64,000 nucleotides of DNA from Gemmatimonadaceae bacterium (GCA_051859245.1 JBHYGA010000008.1:32001-96000), one strand, 5' to 3'. Positions 29,554 to 40,115 are shown, counted from the stretch's first letter. Notes: generated by a model not told the origin, from the sequence alone. Program-made: numbers and translations.

Positions 29554-30389
29554 TGGCGGAGCGTTCGCGCGCCTGGCGGCACTTGCTGCGCGATGCACGC
29601 GGGTGGATTGGTGTCAGCGTCGTTGGTTTGCTCGTGCTGCTTGCAATCGCCGCGCCACTCGTGGCCGGAGATCCGCTGCGCATCAGCCTCAACGATGCAC
29701 TGCAAGCGCCCTCGGCTGATCACTGGTTCGGCACTGACGTACAGGGGCGCGATGTGTGGTCGCGCCTGGTGTATGGCGCGCGTGTGTCGTTGCTGGTGGG
29801 CATCGTGTCGCAGGGCATCGCGCTGTTGCTTGGCGTCGCGCTTGGGCTGGTGGCCGGATACTACGGTCGGTGGATTGATGAAATCGTGATGCGACTCGCC
29901 GATGTGACGCTCGCATTTCCGTCGTTGTTGCTACTCATTGCCATGGCCGCCGCATTTTCGCCGTCGCTTACGGTGGTGTGCGTAACGATCGGTGTAGTGG
30001 GCTGGGCTGGCATGGCGCGGTTGGTGCGTGGTCAGGTGCTGGTGGTGCGTGAGCTGGAGTATGTGCAGGCCATGCGCGCGGTGGGTGCGCGTGACGCGCG
30101 CATTCTGGTGCGGCATGTTCTGCCGAACGTTGCGGCGCCGGTGCTGATTGCGGTCACGCTTGGTGTAGCCGGTGCTATCATGGCCGAGGCGGCGCTGTCG
30201 TTTCTTGGGCTCGGCGTGCAACCGCCAACGCCGAGTTGGGGCGCCATGATTGCCGACGGCCGCGACCTTTCGCAGCTGCGTGGCGCGCCGTGGACGTCAC
30301 TTGCGCCTGGTCTCGCCATTGGCGCGGCGGTGCTTGGTTTTAATCTCTTGGGCGACGCGGTGCGCGACGCTACCGATCCTCGTCGCTAG
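29550..30389 (+). CDS. peptide ABC transporter permease (DppC/OppC-like)
   Basis: HWFGTD..GRD..SRL.YGARVSL, EYVQA..A.GA, EAALSFLGLG, PSWG.MI. Confidence 0.93.
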   Translation: MMAERSRAWRHLLRDARGWIGVSVVGLLVLLAIAAPLVAGDPLRISLNDALQAPSADHWFGTDVQGRDVWSRLVYGARVSLLVGIVSQGIALLLGVALGLVAGYYGRWIDEIVMRLADVTLAFPSLLLLIAMAAAFSPSLTVVCVTIGVVGWAGMARLVRGQVLVVRELEYVQAMRAVGARDARILVRHVLPNVAAPVLIAVTLGVAGAIMAEAALSFLGLGVQPPTPSWGAMIADGRDLSQLRGAPWTSLAPGLAIGAAVLGFNLLGDAVRDATDPRR

Positions 30390-30408
30390 ACATCTTTCAG
30401 ATTTTCAT

Positions 30409-31551
30409 ATGAGCACTGCTCCGCTTCGCGCACACTATCCGTGGATGTCGTCAGACGACGTCATCTATCTGAACGCCGCCAGCACTGGCCCGCATCCGGC
30501 GCGTGCGGTGGAGAAGGGGCGCGAGTGGTTGGAGCTGCGCGCGCAGCCACAGAACATCTCGATCCCGCACATGGTGAACGCCGCGCAGCACGCGCGTGAG
30601 CACTTTGCAGCGATGATTGGCGCAGAGAGCACCGAGATCGCGCTCATGCCCAATACTACCTACGGTTTGAACGTGGCCGCACGTGGATTGCCGCTGCGCC
30701 CCGGCACGATTCTCACCTTCGACGGCGAGTTTCCGAGCTGCGTGTATCCGTTCATGGCGCTTGGTTCGCGCGGTGTTGGCCTTGAGCGTGTGCCGTTTGG
30801 CGAAGATGGACTGCCAGACGAAAACGAACTGATCACGCGCATCTCACGCGGTGATGTTGTGGCCGTAGTGGTGTCGTGGGTGCAGTACGCGAGCGGCTTT
30901 GTGGTGGATCTCGCGCGGATTGGTGACGCCTGTCGAGCGGCCGGCGCCTTCTTTATTGTGGACGGCATTCAGGGCTGCGGTGTACGCGAGATTAATGTGC
31001 GAGAGCTCGGCGTTGATGTGTTTGCGAGCGGTGCTCAAAAGTGGATGCTGAGTCCGTGGGGAACGGGCTTCGTGTACGTGCGCCAGGAATTGCACGATGT
31101 GCTGCAGGCGCCTGATGTAGGCTGGGCGTGCATGACTGCATCGGCAGACTACGCGCATCTTACCGACTACAAGTACGAGTTCTGGCCCGACGCGCGCCGG
31201 TTTGAAGTGGTGACGCTCGCGTATCACGACTTTGGCGTGGCGAACGAATCACTCGCCGCCATGCGCGAAGCGGGCGGGCCGGCGGCGCTCGGCGCGCACA
31301 TTGAAGCGTTGGCGGATCGGCTCGTGGAGTGGGCGCAGTCGCGCAGCGATGTGAAGTTGTGGACGCCGGCTGACCGCTCGCGTCGTGCGGGTGTAGTTGC
31401 GGTTACGCCTGACGATATGTCGGGCGCGCTTGGTCGACTAAAGCGTGCCGGTGTGGTATGTGTGCCGCGCGAGGGCGCGATTCGGCTCGCGCCCCACGGT
31501 TACAACACGATGGAAGAGATTGAGCGGACGATTGCGGCGCTGGAATCCTAG
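30409..31551 (+). CDS. class V PLP-dependent aminotransferase / cysteine desulfurase-like
   Basis: YLNAASTGP, NTTYGL, VDGIQ, GAQKWMLSPWG. Confidence 0.88.
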   Translation: MSTAPLRAHYPWMSSDDVIYLNAASTGPHPARAVEKGREWLELRAQPQNISIPHMVNAAQHAREHFAAMIGAESTEIALMPNTTYGLNVAARGLPLRPGTILTFDGEFPSCVYPFMALGSRGVGLERVPFGEDGLPDENELITRISRGDVVAVVVSWVQYASGFVVDLARIGDACRAAGAFFIVDGIQGCGVREINVRELGVDVFASGAQKWMLSPWGTGFVYVRQELHDVLQAPDVGWACMTASADYAHLTDYKYEFWPDARRFEVVTLAYHDFGVANESLAAMREAGGPAALGAHIEALADRLVEWAQSRSDVKLWTPADRSRRAGVVAVTPDDMSGALGRLKRAGVVCVPREGAIRLAPHGYNTMEEIERTIAALES

Positions 31552-31582
31552 TTCGCGCCGAAAGGGCTGCGGCGATGAGAGC

Positions 31583-32401
31583 TTAGCGCCGAGCTCCCGT
31601 CCAGATCGCAACAATCCCGCATGATCCACCTCCTGTCAGCGGGATGAGTTCTGCAGGCGCATTCGCTGTACTCGGATAGATCTCAATTGCGGCTACAGAT
31701 CCGCCTCCCACCAACTCGTCAACCGTCAACCGCCTGTCGGCCGGCTCGGGCCCCGAGTAGTTGGGTGGTCGACGCTCGCGCGCCATTTCATCACCTGGTT
31801 GAAGCACGTCGTTCATTCGTACACCATCAAGCAGTATGGTCATCGCGCATGAACCTCGACCCGAAAGCGTCGAGCGCGAACGTTTGCCCTCTCGACGTAC
31901 CGTGACGTACCGTTTGCCTGCGAGCGCGTAAGAAGTCTGCATGGGTTTACGCTGATCCAGTTCCTCCGGCGTAATGAACTCGCCCACGATTGCACCATTC
32001 TGCACGCGCTGCATGCGATCGCAAAAGCCATTGCGGGCGAGAGGTGACGCTAGTGGGTTTCCCACCACGCGTACGCCTTGGATCTCCGTTGCGGTGCGCG
32101 AAAGCGTCACTTAATAAACCCCGTTGGTATCGCGATCCACTTTGCCAGAGAACGGCGCGTACCCTATGCGTCGCGCGCGGATTTGCAGCGTTGCTTGCTC
32201 CGTGTTGACGAGCCTCAGAATGCCTAGCGAATCTGTGACGCGACCGGACAAGGAACCGGCGTCCACAAGCGCGTACGGAACGGCAATGCCGGCCGAGTCT
32301 CGTACGTGCACCACAGAATCCTGGCCTGTGACAATCGCGCACGGAGCGGCAAGCGCCGCTAACGCGAGAGTCAGCCGGAGAGTGCTTATTCGCATCGGCA
32401 T
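31583..32401 (-). pseudogene. CarboxypepD_reg-like + TonB-plug-like secreted protein interrupted by an in-frame TAA at 32111-32113
   Basis: ORFs 32111..32401 and 31583..32110 share a frame (GVY*VTL); signal peptide, TDSLG, RRIGYAP, then LDG, AAIEIY, CGIVAIWT. Confidence 0.75.
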
Positions 32402-32420
32402 GCGAAAAAGGTACGAAATC

Positions 32421-32429
32421 GGGGGGGGG
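32421..32429. repeat. G9 homopolymer tract in a divergent promoter region
   Basis: Nine consecutive G; on the minus strand 7 nt upstream of a TACCTT box that precedes ATG 32401. Confidence 0.9.
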
Positions 32430-32583
32430 CAAGCGAGCTGAGCTTCTAGCCCTGCGCCGCTCTTGGCACGCCTGAGACACGCCTTGCGCTGCGAGAGTTC
32501 CAACCGTCGATTGGACATGAGCGAGGACATTCATGGGAGTTCGTCGCAATGTTTTCCCGTGAGAAGACCTTCACACGACAACC

Positions 32584-33792
32584 ATGAAGCATTCTCTCAA
32601 GGCCGTCGCTTTGGTTTGCGTCGCATTAATCGGCTGCGCCGACAGTTCGCGCGGTGACGATGCTGCGGTAGGAGCGATTGCAGCGACGGGTGAAGACGCT
32701 CCGTCGCGACCTGTCGAGATGGTCGCAGCCGAAGATGTGTTGAGCGACTCTGTGCCTGATGATCCGTCGCCCAACGCCACGGAGAAGATTCTCCTTCAGC
32801 CCGCACATTGGCCCGAGGATCTGCGCGAATCCGGTCGACGTCCGACATCGCTACAAATGCGCGTGCGTTGGAGCAACGTCGGCACGTGGGACGATACCAC
32901 CTTCCTGCACCCGACACACGCAGAAGTTATGCCGAACTCTGTGATCGTTCAGGACATTGGACGCATGTCCTTGATGGGACTGCGACGTGAGGATGGCGAG
33001 GTGCTGTGGAGAAAGGGCAGACGCGGAAGCGGGCCGGGCGAGTTGCTGCTTGGTGAAATCTCGAGAGCGACAGATTCTTCCGTTTTTTACTACGATTCTG
33101 GAAACAGGCGCATCACGGAATGGACGAGCGAGGGCGCGCTCCTTGAATCGCGGAATGTCACCATGATGGGATTGCTTCGCGGGCTCTGTCGTTTATCGAA
33201 CGGAGAACTGCACGCGTTCACTTTCCCGAGTGGCACGATTCGGGGTCGCGGTCTCGCCCGACTCGTGCCCGATGTCGACTCACTGGTGGACTTAATACCG
33301 GTAGCACTTGGTCGGCCCGTTCACCGCACTGCGCTGGATGCCCAACTGAAGCTCTATCCGCTTGAAGGCGGCTCGTGCGCACTGGGCGCTCATGACGAGT
33401 CGTGGCTTGCCGTATTTTCCGACGTGGCAACGGTTTCGCCGCTTCCGTTAGTTGAGTTTGTGCCGCCGCCGATTGTCATCGACACGAAAGAAGGCAAGGG
33501 CACGCGAACATCTTTCGTGCCCGGACAGCCGTTCGGGGTGCAGGCGGTTGCGCAGCTCGGCTCCTATCTCGCGGTCGGGTTTGGGGGAAAAACGTCAGTG
33601 CGGCGGCGCCTCGTTGATTTTTACCATCTGAATCCCTGGCGCTACGAGGGCAGCATCGTGATGCCTGGCACTGTGCGCGGATTATCCGCCCGCGACTCCA
33701 CGCTGGTCATCGTATCCGAGGACACCTCCGGCTTTCCCCGGATCGATAACTTCGCGGTCAGTGTGTTTACGAAAGCGTGCTGCAACCAGTAA
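32584..33792 (+). CDS. beta-propeller lipoprotein (6-bladed/TolB-like)
   Basis: Lipobox LIGC; GRRGSGPGEL, YDSGNRRIT, VDFY..Y.GS patterns. Confidence 0.7.
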   Translation: MKHSLKAVALVCVALIGCADSSRGDDAAVGAIAATGEDAPSRPVEMVAAEDVLSDSVPDDPSPNATEKILLQPAHWPEDLRESGRRPTSLQMRVRWSNVGTWDDTTFLHPTHAEVMPNSVIVQDIGRMSLMGLRREDGEVLWRKGRRGSGPGELLLGEISRATDSSVFYYDSGNRRITEWTSEGALLESRNVTMMGLLRGLCRLSNGELHAFTFPSGTIRGRGLARLVPDVDSLVDLIPVALGRPVHRTALDAQLKLYPLEGGSCALGAHDESWLAVFSDVATVSPLPLVEFVPPPIVIDTKEGKGTRTSFVPGQPFGVQAVAQLGSYLAVGFGGKTSVRRRLVDFYHLNPWRYEGSIVMPGTVRGLSARDSTLVIVSEDTSGFPRIDNFAVSVFTKACCNQ

Positions 33793-33804
33793 GCGGTAAA
33801 GCGC

Positions 33805-35079
33805 CTAACGCACCCGCACCAACCCCCAATCCCGGCTCCCCTTCTTCACCAGCACATGCCGCCCGGCGAGCCAACGTTCGTTTGGCACCGTGCGATCGGC
33901 CATCGACACCTTCTCGCCGTTCACACTCACACCGCCCTGCTCCACGAGCCGCTTCGCATCACCGCGGCTCTTCGCGAGGCCCGTGCTCACGACCAGATCC
34001 AGCGCGTCAATCGGCGCGCCATCGGCCGGTACATCCACCTCGGCGAACGGCACTTCACCCGCCATTGCACGCAACGTGCCCTCGGCGAGCTCGCGCGGAT
34101 CTCCCTTGCCAAACAGCACGCGCGAAATCTCGTCCACCGTGCGCAGCACATCACGGCCGTGCACACGCGCGGTCATGTCATCGGCCAGCGCACGCTGCGC
34201 CTCGCGCTGATCCGGACGTGACTCCGTAGCCGCTTCGAGCGCACCAATCTCGTCGCGCGTGAGAAACGTGAACAGCTTGAGCCAGCGAATCACGTCGCGA
34301 TCGTCTGCACCAAGCCAGAACTGATAAAACCGGTACGGCGACGTGCGCTGGGCATCGAGGTACACCGCGCCCGCTTCCGATTTACCAAACTTCTGTCCAC
34401 TCGCCGTGGTGACCAGCGGCAATGTGAACACATGCGCCTCAGCGCCATTCGTGCGCCGAATGAGCTCGAGACCAGCCGTCATGTTGCCCCACTGATCGCT
34501 GCCGCCAATCTGCAGCGTCACGCCGAGCCGCTTGTGCAGCTCGGCGTAGTCGTGCGCTTGCAGCAACATGTAGGTGAACTCGGTGTAGGAAATTCCGTCT
34601 TCAAGACGGGACTTCACCGAGTCCTTGGCCAGCATGTAGTTCACCGTAAAGTGCTTGCCGGTGGTACGAAGAAAATCGAGCATGCCGAGTCCGCCCAGCC
34701 ACTCCAGGTTGTTCGACATGCGCGCCGCCTGCGGTCCGTCAAAGTCGAGAAAGCGCTCAAGCTGTAACCCGATCAGTCGCGCGTTTTCGGCGATCACGTC
34801 CAGCGACTGCAGCGTGCGTTCGGCGCTTTTGCCACTTGGATCACCGATCATTCCTGTCCCGCCGCCCACAAGCGCGATCGGCCGATGGCCGGCGCGCTGC
34901 AAATGGCGCAGCCCCATGACGGGCACGAGATTGCCCACGTGCAGGCTGGGCGCGGTGGGATCAAAGCCGCAGTACGCGGTTACTGATCCGGAGGCGAGGT
35001 GCTGGGCGAGGCCGTCGGTGTGCTGGAACAGCAGGCCGCGCCACGCCAATTCGTCGAGCAGTGCGATATCAGAGGACAT
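33805..35079 (-). CDS. tyrS: tyrosine--tRNA ligase
   Basis: YCGFDPTAPSLHVGN, GDPSGK, QIGGSDQWGN, KFGKS, S4 domain; TATAAT 7 nt before the ATG. Confidence 0.98.
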   Translation of the reverse strand: MSSDIALLDELAWRGLLFQHTDGLAQHLASGSVTAYCGFDPTAPSLHVGNLVPVMGLRHLQRAGHRPIALVGGGTGMIGDPSGKSAERTLQSLDVIAENARLIGLQLERFLDFDGPQAARMSNNLEWLGGLGMLDFLRTTGKHFTVNYMLAKDSVKSRLEDGISYTEFTYMLLQAHDYAELHKRLGVTLQIGGSDQWGNMTAGLELIRRTNGAEAHVFTLPLVTTASGQKFGKSEAGAVYLDAQRTSPYRFYQFWLGADDRDVIRWLKLFTFLTRDEIGALEAATESRPDQREAQRALADDMTARVHGRDVLRTVDEISRVLFGKGDPRELAEGTLRAMAGEVPFAEVDVPADGAPIDALDLVVSTGLAKSRGDAKRLVEQGGVSVNGEKVSMADRTVPNERWLAGRHVLVKKGSRDWGLVRVR

Positions 35080-35186
35080 ACGCCCAATTATAGGCGCCTG
35101 TAGCTCTTGGCGCGTCTGCGCCATTCCTGTAGCGTTCATTTCATGAATTCTCGCGAACCAAGCAGCGCCACGCGCGCCCGCAGCCT

Positions 35187-37379
35187 GTGAGCGCCGCCAC
35201 CAAACGTGCCAAGGGGCCGCGCTTTTGGCGTCGTCCATGGTTTGGCTGGCTCTGCATTGCGGCGATTTTCGGCACGGCGGTGGGCATTGCCGGAACCGCC
35301 GTGGCTTGGACCATGGTGTGCCGAGGCAATGTGTGCCCCACCGTGGCCGCACTGGACGCGTACATCCCGAACCAGACGTCCAAGCTCTACGCGGCCGATG
35401 GTCGATTTATCGCCGAACTCGGACTCGAGCGACGCACCCTCGTGCGCCTGACCGATCTGCCGCAGCACGTGAAAGACGCGTTTCTGGTGGTGGAAGACAA
35501 GCGATTCTACGACCACAACGGCATCGACTTCATCCGCGTGTTCGGCGCGTTGGCTCGCAACATCAAAGCCGGTGGATTCGCTGAGGGCTTCAGCACCATC
35601 ACCATGCAGTTGGCGCGCAATATTTTTCCGGAGTCGTTGTCGCGCGAAAAAACGATCGTGCGCAAGCTCAAGGAAGCGCGCGTCGCGATCTCCATTGAAC
35701 GTGCGTACGAAAAAGATCGCATTCTCGAGTTGTATCTGAATCAGATCTATCTCGGCGCGGGCGCCTACGGCGTGGAAACAGCAGCGCAGCGCTACTTCGG
35801 CAAATCTGTCAAGGACATCAGCGTGGCCGAAGCCGCCATGCTGGCCGCACTGCCTAAAGCCCCGGAGCGGTACAACCCGCGCCGCTTTGCCGATCGCGCC
35901 ATTCAGCGCCGCAATACCGTTATCGAACTGATGCGACGCGCCGGTGTGGTTACCAGCGCTGACGCGAGTCTGGCGAAAGCTTTTCCGTTACAGCTGGCGC
36001 AGCGCACGGAGTCAGGCGAAACAGCGCCGTACTTTGTGGAATGGGTGCGTCAACAGCTTGATCAGCACTTTGGTCAGAAGCTGTACGAGCAGGGGCTCAA
36101 GGTGTACACCACGCTCGACCTCGACATGCAGGTCGCGGCCGAACGCGCCATGGAAGAACAGCTCGGCGCAATTGAATCCGGAAAGTTTGGCAACTACACG
36201 CATCTCACGTACGAGCAGTATCAGGCGCGCAACGCGGAAGGCGCCGCGCTCGGCGGAGGTGGCGACTCTCCGTACTTGCAGGGCGCCTTTGTGGCCGTTG
36301 ACCCACGTGCGGGCGCGGTGCGCGCGCTCGTTGGCGGACGCGACTTTGCCGATTCCAAGTTCAATCGTGCGGTGCAGGCGCTGCGTCAGCCAGGGTCAAC
36401 GTTCAAGCCGATCGTGTACGCGACGGCCGTCCGCGCAGGACTCGGGCCTGCGTACGTGATCGATGATTCACCGCTCAGCATGGATCAGGTGAGTGGCGAA
36501 ACATGGCGGCCGCAGAACTTTGACTTCAAGTTCGATGGTCCGATTGCGATGCGTCGCGCGCTGTTCATGTCGCGCAACATTCCGGCTATTCGCACCGGCA
36601 TGGAACTGGGGCCGCAACCGGTCATAGCGATGGCGCGCCGGTTCGGCATCAGCACACCCATTCCGCCGTACCCGTCGCTCTATATTGGCGCGGCCGATGT
36701 GTATCCGCTTGAAATGATCGCGTCGTATTCGGTGTTCGCCAACCTCGGACTGCGCACCACGCCATACGCAATCATGCGCGTTGAAACGGCCGATGGCGAA
36801 GTGCTGTGGCAGCCGCGTCCGGAACGCGAAGCGGTGCTCACACCGGAAGAAGCGTGGCTCATGGTGAGCATGATGAAGGATGTGGTCGGTCGCGGTACAG
36901 CCTACGGTGCCACCACTGGCGCCGGATTTCGTGTGCCCGCTGGTGGCAAAACAGGTACCACCAACGATGGTGCCGATGTGTGGTTTATCGGGTACACGGC
37001 CGACCTTGTGGCCGGTATGTGGGTGGGCTTTGATCGACCGAAGAAAATCAAAGCCAACGCGCAGGGTGGATCGCTTGTGGCGCCGGCCTGGACGGCGTTC
37101 ATGACCGACGTGTACAAGCGCAAGCCGGTGCCGCCCGACTGGCCTCGACCAGATGGTGTCATCGCCCGTGAAATTGACGCCGCAACCGGATTGCTCCCGA
37201 ACTTCTCGTGTATGGATCGCCGTGTCACTGAGTATTTCATTGCCGGAACGGAGCCGCGTCTGACCTGTTCTGAGTCGGCCTTCCTGCTGCCGAAAGTGGT
37301 GGGTGACTCGGTTGTCGGTGGCGCGGTACCACGCGCATTCCGCGATACCACCAACCCGTTTCGTATCCCTCCCCAGTGA
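35187..37379 (+). CDS. class A penicillin-binding protein (PBP1A family)
   Basis: EDKRFYDH, STITMQL, RKLKE, YLNQIY; QPGSTFK, SRN, KTGT. Confidence 0.95.
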   Translation: MSAATKRAKGPRFWRRPWFGWLCIAAIFGTAVGIAGTAVAWTMVCRGNVCPTVAALDAYIPNQTSKLYAADGRFIAELGLERRTLVRLTDLPQHVKDAFLVVEDKRFYDHNGIDFIRVFGALARNIKAGGFAEGFSTITMQLARNIFPESLSREKTIVRKLKEARVAISIERAYEKDRILELYLNQIYLGAGAYGVETAAQRYFGKSVKDISVAEAAMLAALPKAPERYNPRRFADRAIQRRNTVIELMRRAGVVTSADASLAKAFPLQLAQRTESGETAPYFVEWVRQQLDQHFGQKLYEQGLKVYTTLDLDMQVAAERAMEEQLGAIESGKFGNYTHLTYEQYQARNAEGAALGGGGDSPYLQGAFVAVDPRAGAVRALVGGRDFADSKFNRAVQALRQPGSTFKPIVYATAVRAGLGPAYVIDDSPLSMDQVSGETWRPQNFDFKFDGPIAMRRALFMSRNIPAIRTGMELGPQPVIAMARRFGISTPIPPYPSLYIGAADVYPLEMIASYSVFANLGLRTTPYAIMRVETADGEVLWQPRPEREAVLTPEEAWLMVSMMKDVVGRGTAYGATTGAGFRVPAGGKTGTTNDGADVWFIGYTADLVAGMWVGFDRPKKIKANAQGGSLVAPAWTAFMTDVYKRKPVPPDWPRPDGVIAREIDAATGLLPNFSCMDRRVTEYFIAGTEPRLTCSESAFLLPKVVGDSVVGGAVPRAFRDTTNPFRIPPQ

Positions 37380-38740
37380 GTTCGCACACGCCACGAGACT
37401 CTCGCGTCGCGTGGCACGCGCGCTGGGTGTTGCCAATCGTGGGGCCGCCGATCGCGAACGGTGCGGTTGTGGTTGACGGGAGCACGATCAGCTGGGTGGG
37501 TCCGTCGAGCGAAGCGCAGGCAGCCGTACACGAACAGCTCGGCAACGCCATTCTGCTGCCCGGCCTCGTGAATGCGCACACGCATCTCGAACTCACCGGC
37601 CTGCGCGGACTGCTTGAAGGACTCGACTTTCGCGAGTGGTTGCGTGTGCTCACCACAGTGCGCGCCAAGGTGCTCGATCAACGCGCGCTCACGGATGCGT
37701 CTCGCTTTGGAGTTTCGGAAGCGTTGCGAGCGGGCATTACCACCCTCGCGGATTGTTCAGCCAGTGGCACGCCGCTTGGCAGCATGATCGAAGCGGGCGT
37801 CCGTGGGCGGGTGTATCTCGAAACGTTCGGACCGGACAGCGCGCAGGCGGTGGACGCCATGTCCGCCCTTCGCCAAGGCGTTGATCGACTGCGCACGCAG
37901 GCCACATCGCTGGTGAGCGTGGGCGTATCTCCACACGCGCCGTACACGGTGCACGAGTCCCTGTTCGCAGCGGTGGCCGAATACGCGCAACAGGAGAAGC
38001 TGCCTGTCGCCACGCACGTCGCGGAAAGCGCCGATGAAGTGCGCTTTGTGCAGCATGGCGACGGACCGTTCGCGGAACGCTTGCGCGCTCGCACTATCGC
38101 GGTCGCTCCCACCGGTGCGTCTCCGATTGCGCTGCTCGCGCGCACCGGGCTACTCGATACGCAGCCACTCTGCATTCATACCATCCACGCGAGCGGCGAC
38201 GACCTCGGCTTGATTGCCGATCGCGGAGCTACGGTCGTGCACTGTCCCATCAGTAACGCCAAGCTGGGGCAGGGCATTGCACCGGTGCGCGACATGCTGA
38301 GCGCGGGCATCGCGGTTGGACTCGGCACGGATTCCGTCGCCAGCAATGATCGCATGGATCTGATCGCCGAGGCCCGACAGGCGGTGCTTCTGCAATCGCT
38401 CGCTGCAGCGGTTCCCGATGCGCTCTCCAGCGAAGCTGTCATTCGTATGGCGACGCTCGGAGGGGCACGCGCGCTGGGACTCGACGCGCTCGGTGCGCTC
38501 GCTCCTGGAAACGCCGCGGATCTTTGTGCGTTCTCCTGTGGGGCGTTTGAGGCGGCTCCCGTGTATGACCCGTACGTGTTGCTTGTCCACGTGCTGGGTA
38601 GCGGCGCGAACGCCGAGCTCACCATGGTGAATGGACGTGTGCTGGTACGTCACGGCCAGGAGCTGGCATTCGATCCGACCGTTCGAATGCGTGTAATAGA
38701 AGACGCGGAGCGTGTGGCCGCTTTCGTCACGCCCGCGTGA
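37376..38740 (+). CDS. metal-dependent amidohydrolase (MtaD/SAH-deaminase-like)
   Basis: PGLVNAHTH, PHAPY, HVAES, HCPISN, GTDS. Confidence 0.88.
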   Translation: MSSHTPRDSRVAWHARWVLPIVGPPIANGAVVVDGSTISWVGPSSEAQAAVHEQLGNAILLPGLVNAHTHLELTGLRGLLEGLDFREWLRVLTTVRAKVLDQRALTDASRFGVSEALRAGITTLADCSASGTPLGSMIEAGVRGRVYLETFGPDSAQAVDAMSALRQGVDRLRTQATSLVSVGVSPHAPYTVHESLFAAVAEYAQQEKLPVATHVAESADEVRFVQHGDGPFAERLRARTIAVAPTGASPIALLARTGLLDTQPLCIHTIHASGDDLGLIADRGATVVHCPISNAKLGQGIAPVRDMLSAGIAVGLGTDSVASNDRMDLIAEARQAVLLQSLAAAVPDALSSEAVIRMATLGGARALGLDALGALAPGNAADLCAFSCGAFEAAPVYDPYVLLVHVLGSGANAELTMVNGRVLVRHGQELAFDPTVRMRVIEDAERVAAFVTPA

Positions 38741-38837
38741 CAAGGTGTACCACGCCATAGCATTGCGAACGTACCTGACAGTATTTTGAACCATACGCAG
38801 TCCAGTACCTCACGCGTACCTGACACGGAGGGCATGA

Positions 38838-39416
38838 GTGATTGCCGGGTGTCTTGCTCTGAATGCGTCGTACGAGCCGTTAACGATGGTCCCGCTTCGC
38901 CGGGCCCTCAGACTCGTAATCGATGGAAAGGCGGAAATCGTCGAAGCGGAGGGTGACAGGCCCATTCGCTCCGAGCGTCTGGCCATGCCGCGCCCGGCCG
39001 TTATCCGGCTCACCAAGTTCATTCATGTGCCGCGGCGCTTTCGCCGTCAGGTCACGAACATCTTCCTGTTCGCGCGTGATCACTACCAGTGCCAGTACTG
39101 CGGTCGACTGAGCGCCGAGCTCAAACCGCGCGAGTCACTCACGCGTGATCACGTGATTCCGATGTCACGTGGTGGCCTGAACGAGTGGACCAACGTGGTC
39201 ACGGCGTGCAGCAGCTGCAATACGCGCAAGGCGAGCCGCCTGCCAAACGAAATCGGCATGCATCCGATCGCCGATCCCGCTGAGCCGCACTTTGTGCATC
39301 TGAGCTGGGCCGTGCGTCGTCTGACGCCAACACAATCGCGCTACATCAAGGTGTTCTACGGCGAGGAAACACTTCGTCGTGTGAAGGCCATGGACGCGTT
39401 GCCGGCGGTGGTGTAG
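38838..39416 (+). CDS. HNH endonuclease
   Basis: LNASYEPL, RD..CQYCG, TRDHVIP.SRGG, WTNVVTAC..CN..K; GGAGG SD. Confidence 0.93.
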   Translation: MIAGCLALNASYEPLTMVPLRRALRLVIDGKAEIVEAEGDRPIRSERLAMPRPAVIRLTKFIHVPRRFRRQVTNIFLFARDHYQCQYCGRLSAELKPRESLTRDHVIPMSRGGLNEWTNVVTACSSCNTRKASRLPNEIGMHPIADPAEPHFVHLSWAVRRLTPTQSRYIKVFYGEETLRRVKAMDALPAVV

Positions 39417-39417
39417 G

Positions 39418-40113
39418 TCAGGGCTCAGCGGTCACACGGAACAGCGGCGACCGCGCCTCAAGCCGCCGCACCTCACCGCCCATCACGCGTGATACAAGCG
39501 TACGCAGTCCGCGGCCAAGCGCAGTGCCCGGATTGCGTCGACCTTGTACCGCCGGCGCGAGTTCACCGCGCAACCAGCGCGTGACTTCGTCGAGATCCTT
39601 GAGATCAAGCGTTTCGATATCGGTCTGCACACTGTAGTAGTGTGACTGCCCGGCACGCGGTCGACCGATTGGCGGAGAATACGGCAGCGCGAGCGCCGCT
39701 TTCGCGTCGGCGAGCCGGCGATACGTGCCGAGCGGTGCGACCTCGCCGTTTCCGTTAATACGCGCGACCTCGAAGGTTTGATCAAACTGATCGTAGTGTA
39801 CGATCACATCCCATTCCTGGCGCGCCACCACGTCGTTCAGAAATCGGCCGGTTTTCCAGAGCTCGGCGCGCATGTGCACCCGCACATCAAATCCATTGCG
39901 CAAGAGCTCTTCGAATCGGCCCCCGTCAATCGCATTGCGCAATCGCACCGACATCGGCGCAGACGCCGTTGGCAGCTCGATCTCAATGCGCGGCCCGGCC
40001 TCACCTTGCGCCATCGCAACGGTCAACGGCGCGCTGAACAACAGCGCACCACAGATCAACGCAGTGCGCGCCGCGGCGCGTGTGAGAAACGTTCGACGAG
40101 AAAGCGCGGGCAC
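39418..40113 (-). CDS. DUF4390-like exported protein
   Basis: Twin-Arg signal SRRTFL; ELL.NG..V....ELW..W..YD pattern; last gene of the NtrY/X-like operon. Confidence 0.6.
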   Translation of the reverse strand: MPALSRRTFLTRAAARTALICGALLFSAPLTVAMAQGEAGPRIEIELPTASAPMSVRLRNAIDGGRFEELLRNGFDVRVHMRAELWKTGRFLNDVVARQEWDVIVHYDQFDQTFEVARINGNGEVAPLGTYRRLADAKAALALPYSPPIGRPRAGQSHYYSVQTDIETLDLKDLDEVTRWLRGELAPAVQGRRNPGTALGRGLRTLVSRVMGGEVRRLEARSPLFRVTAEP

Positions 40114-40115
40114 TG

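Noticed and set aside
32111..32113. Selenocysteine or pyrrolysine recoding of the in-frame stop
   Set aside because: The codon is TAA, not TGA or TAG, and TAA is a normal stop elsewhere in the window
32463..32478. sigma54 promoter TTGGCACG upstream of the propeller lipoprotein
   Set aside because: Good -24 box, but the -12 position reads AC rather than GC
38838..39416. HNH gene as homing endonuclease, IscB or defence system
   Set aside because: Ordinary stand-alone HNH family with host-like codons; no RuvC parts, intron or partner genes
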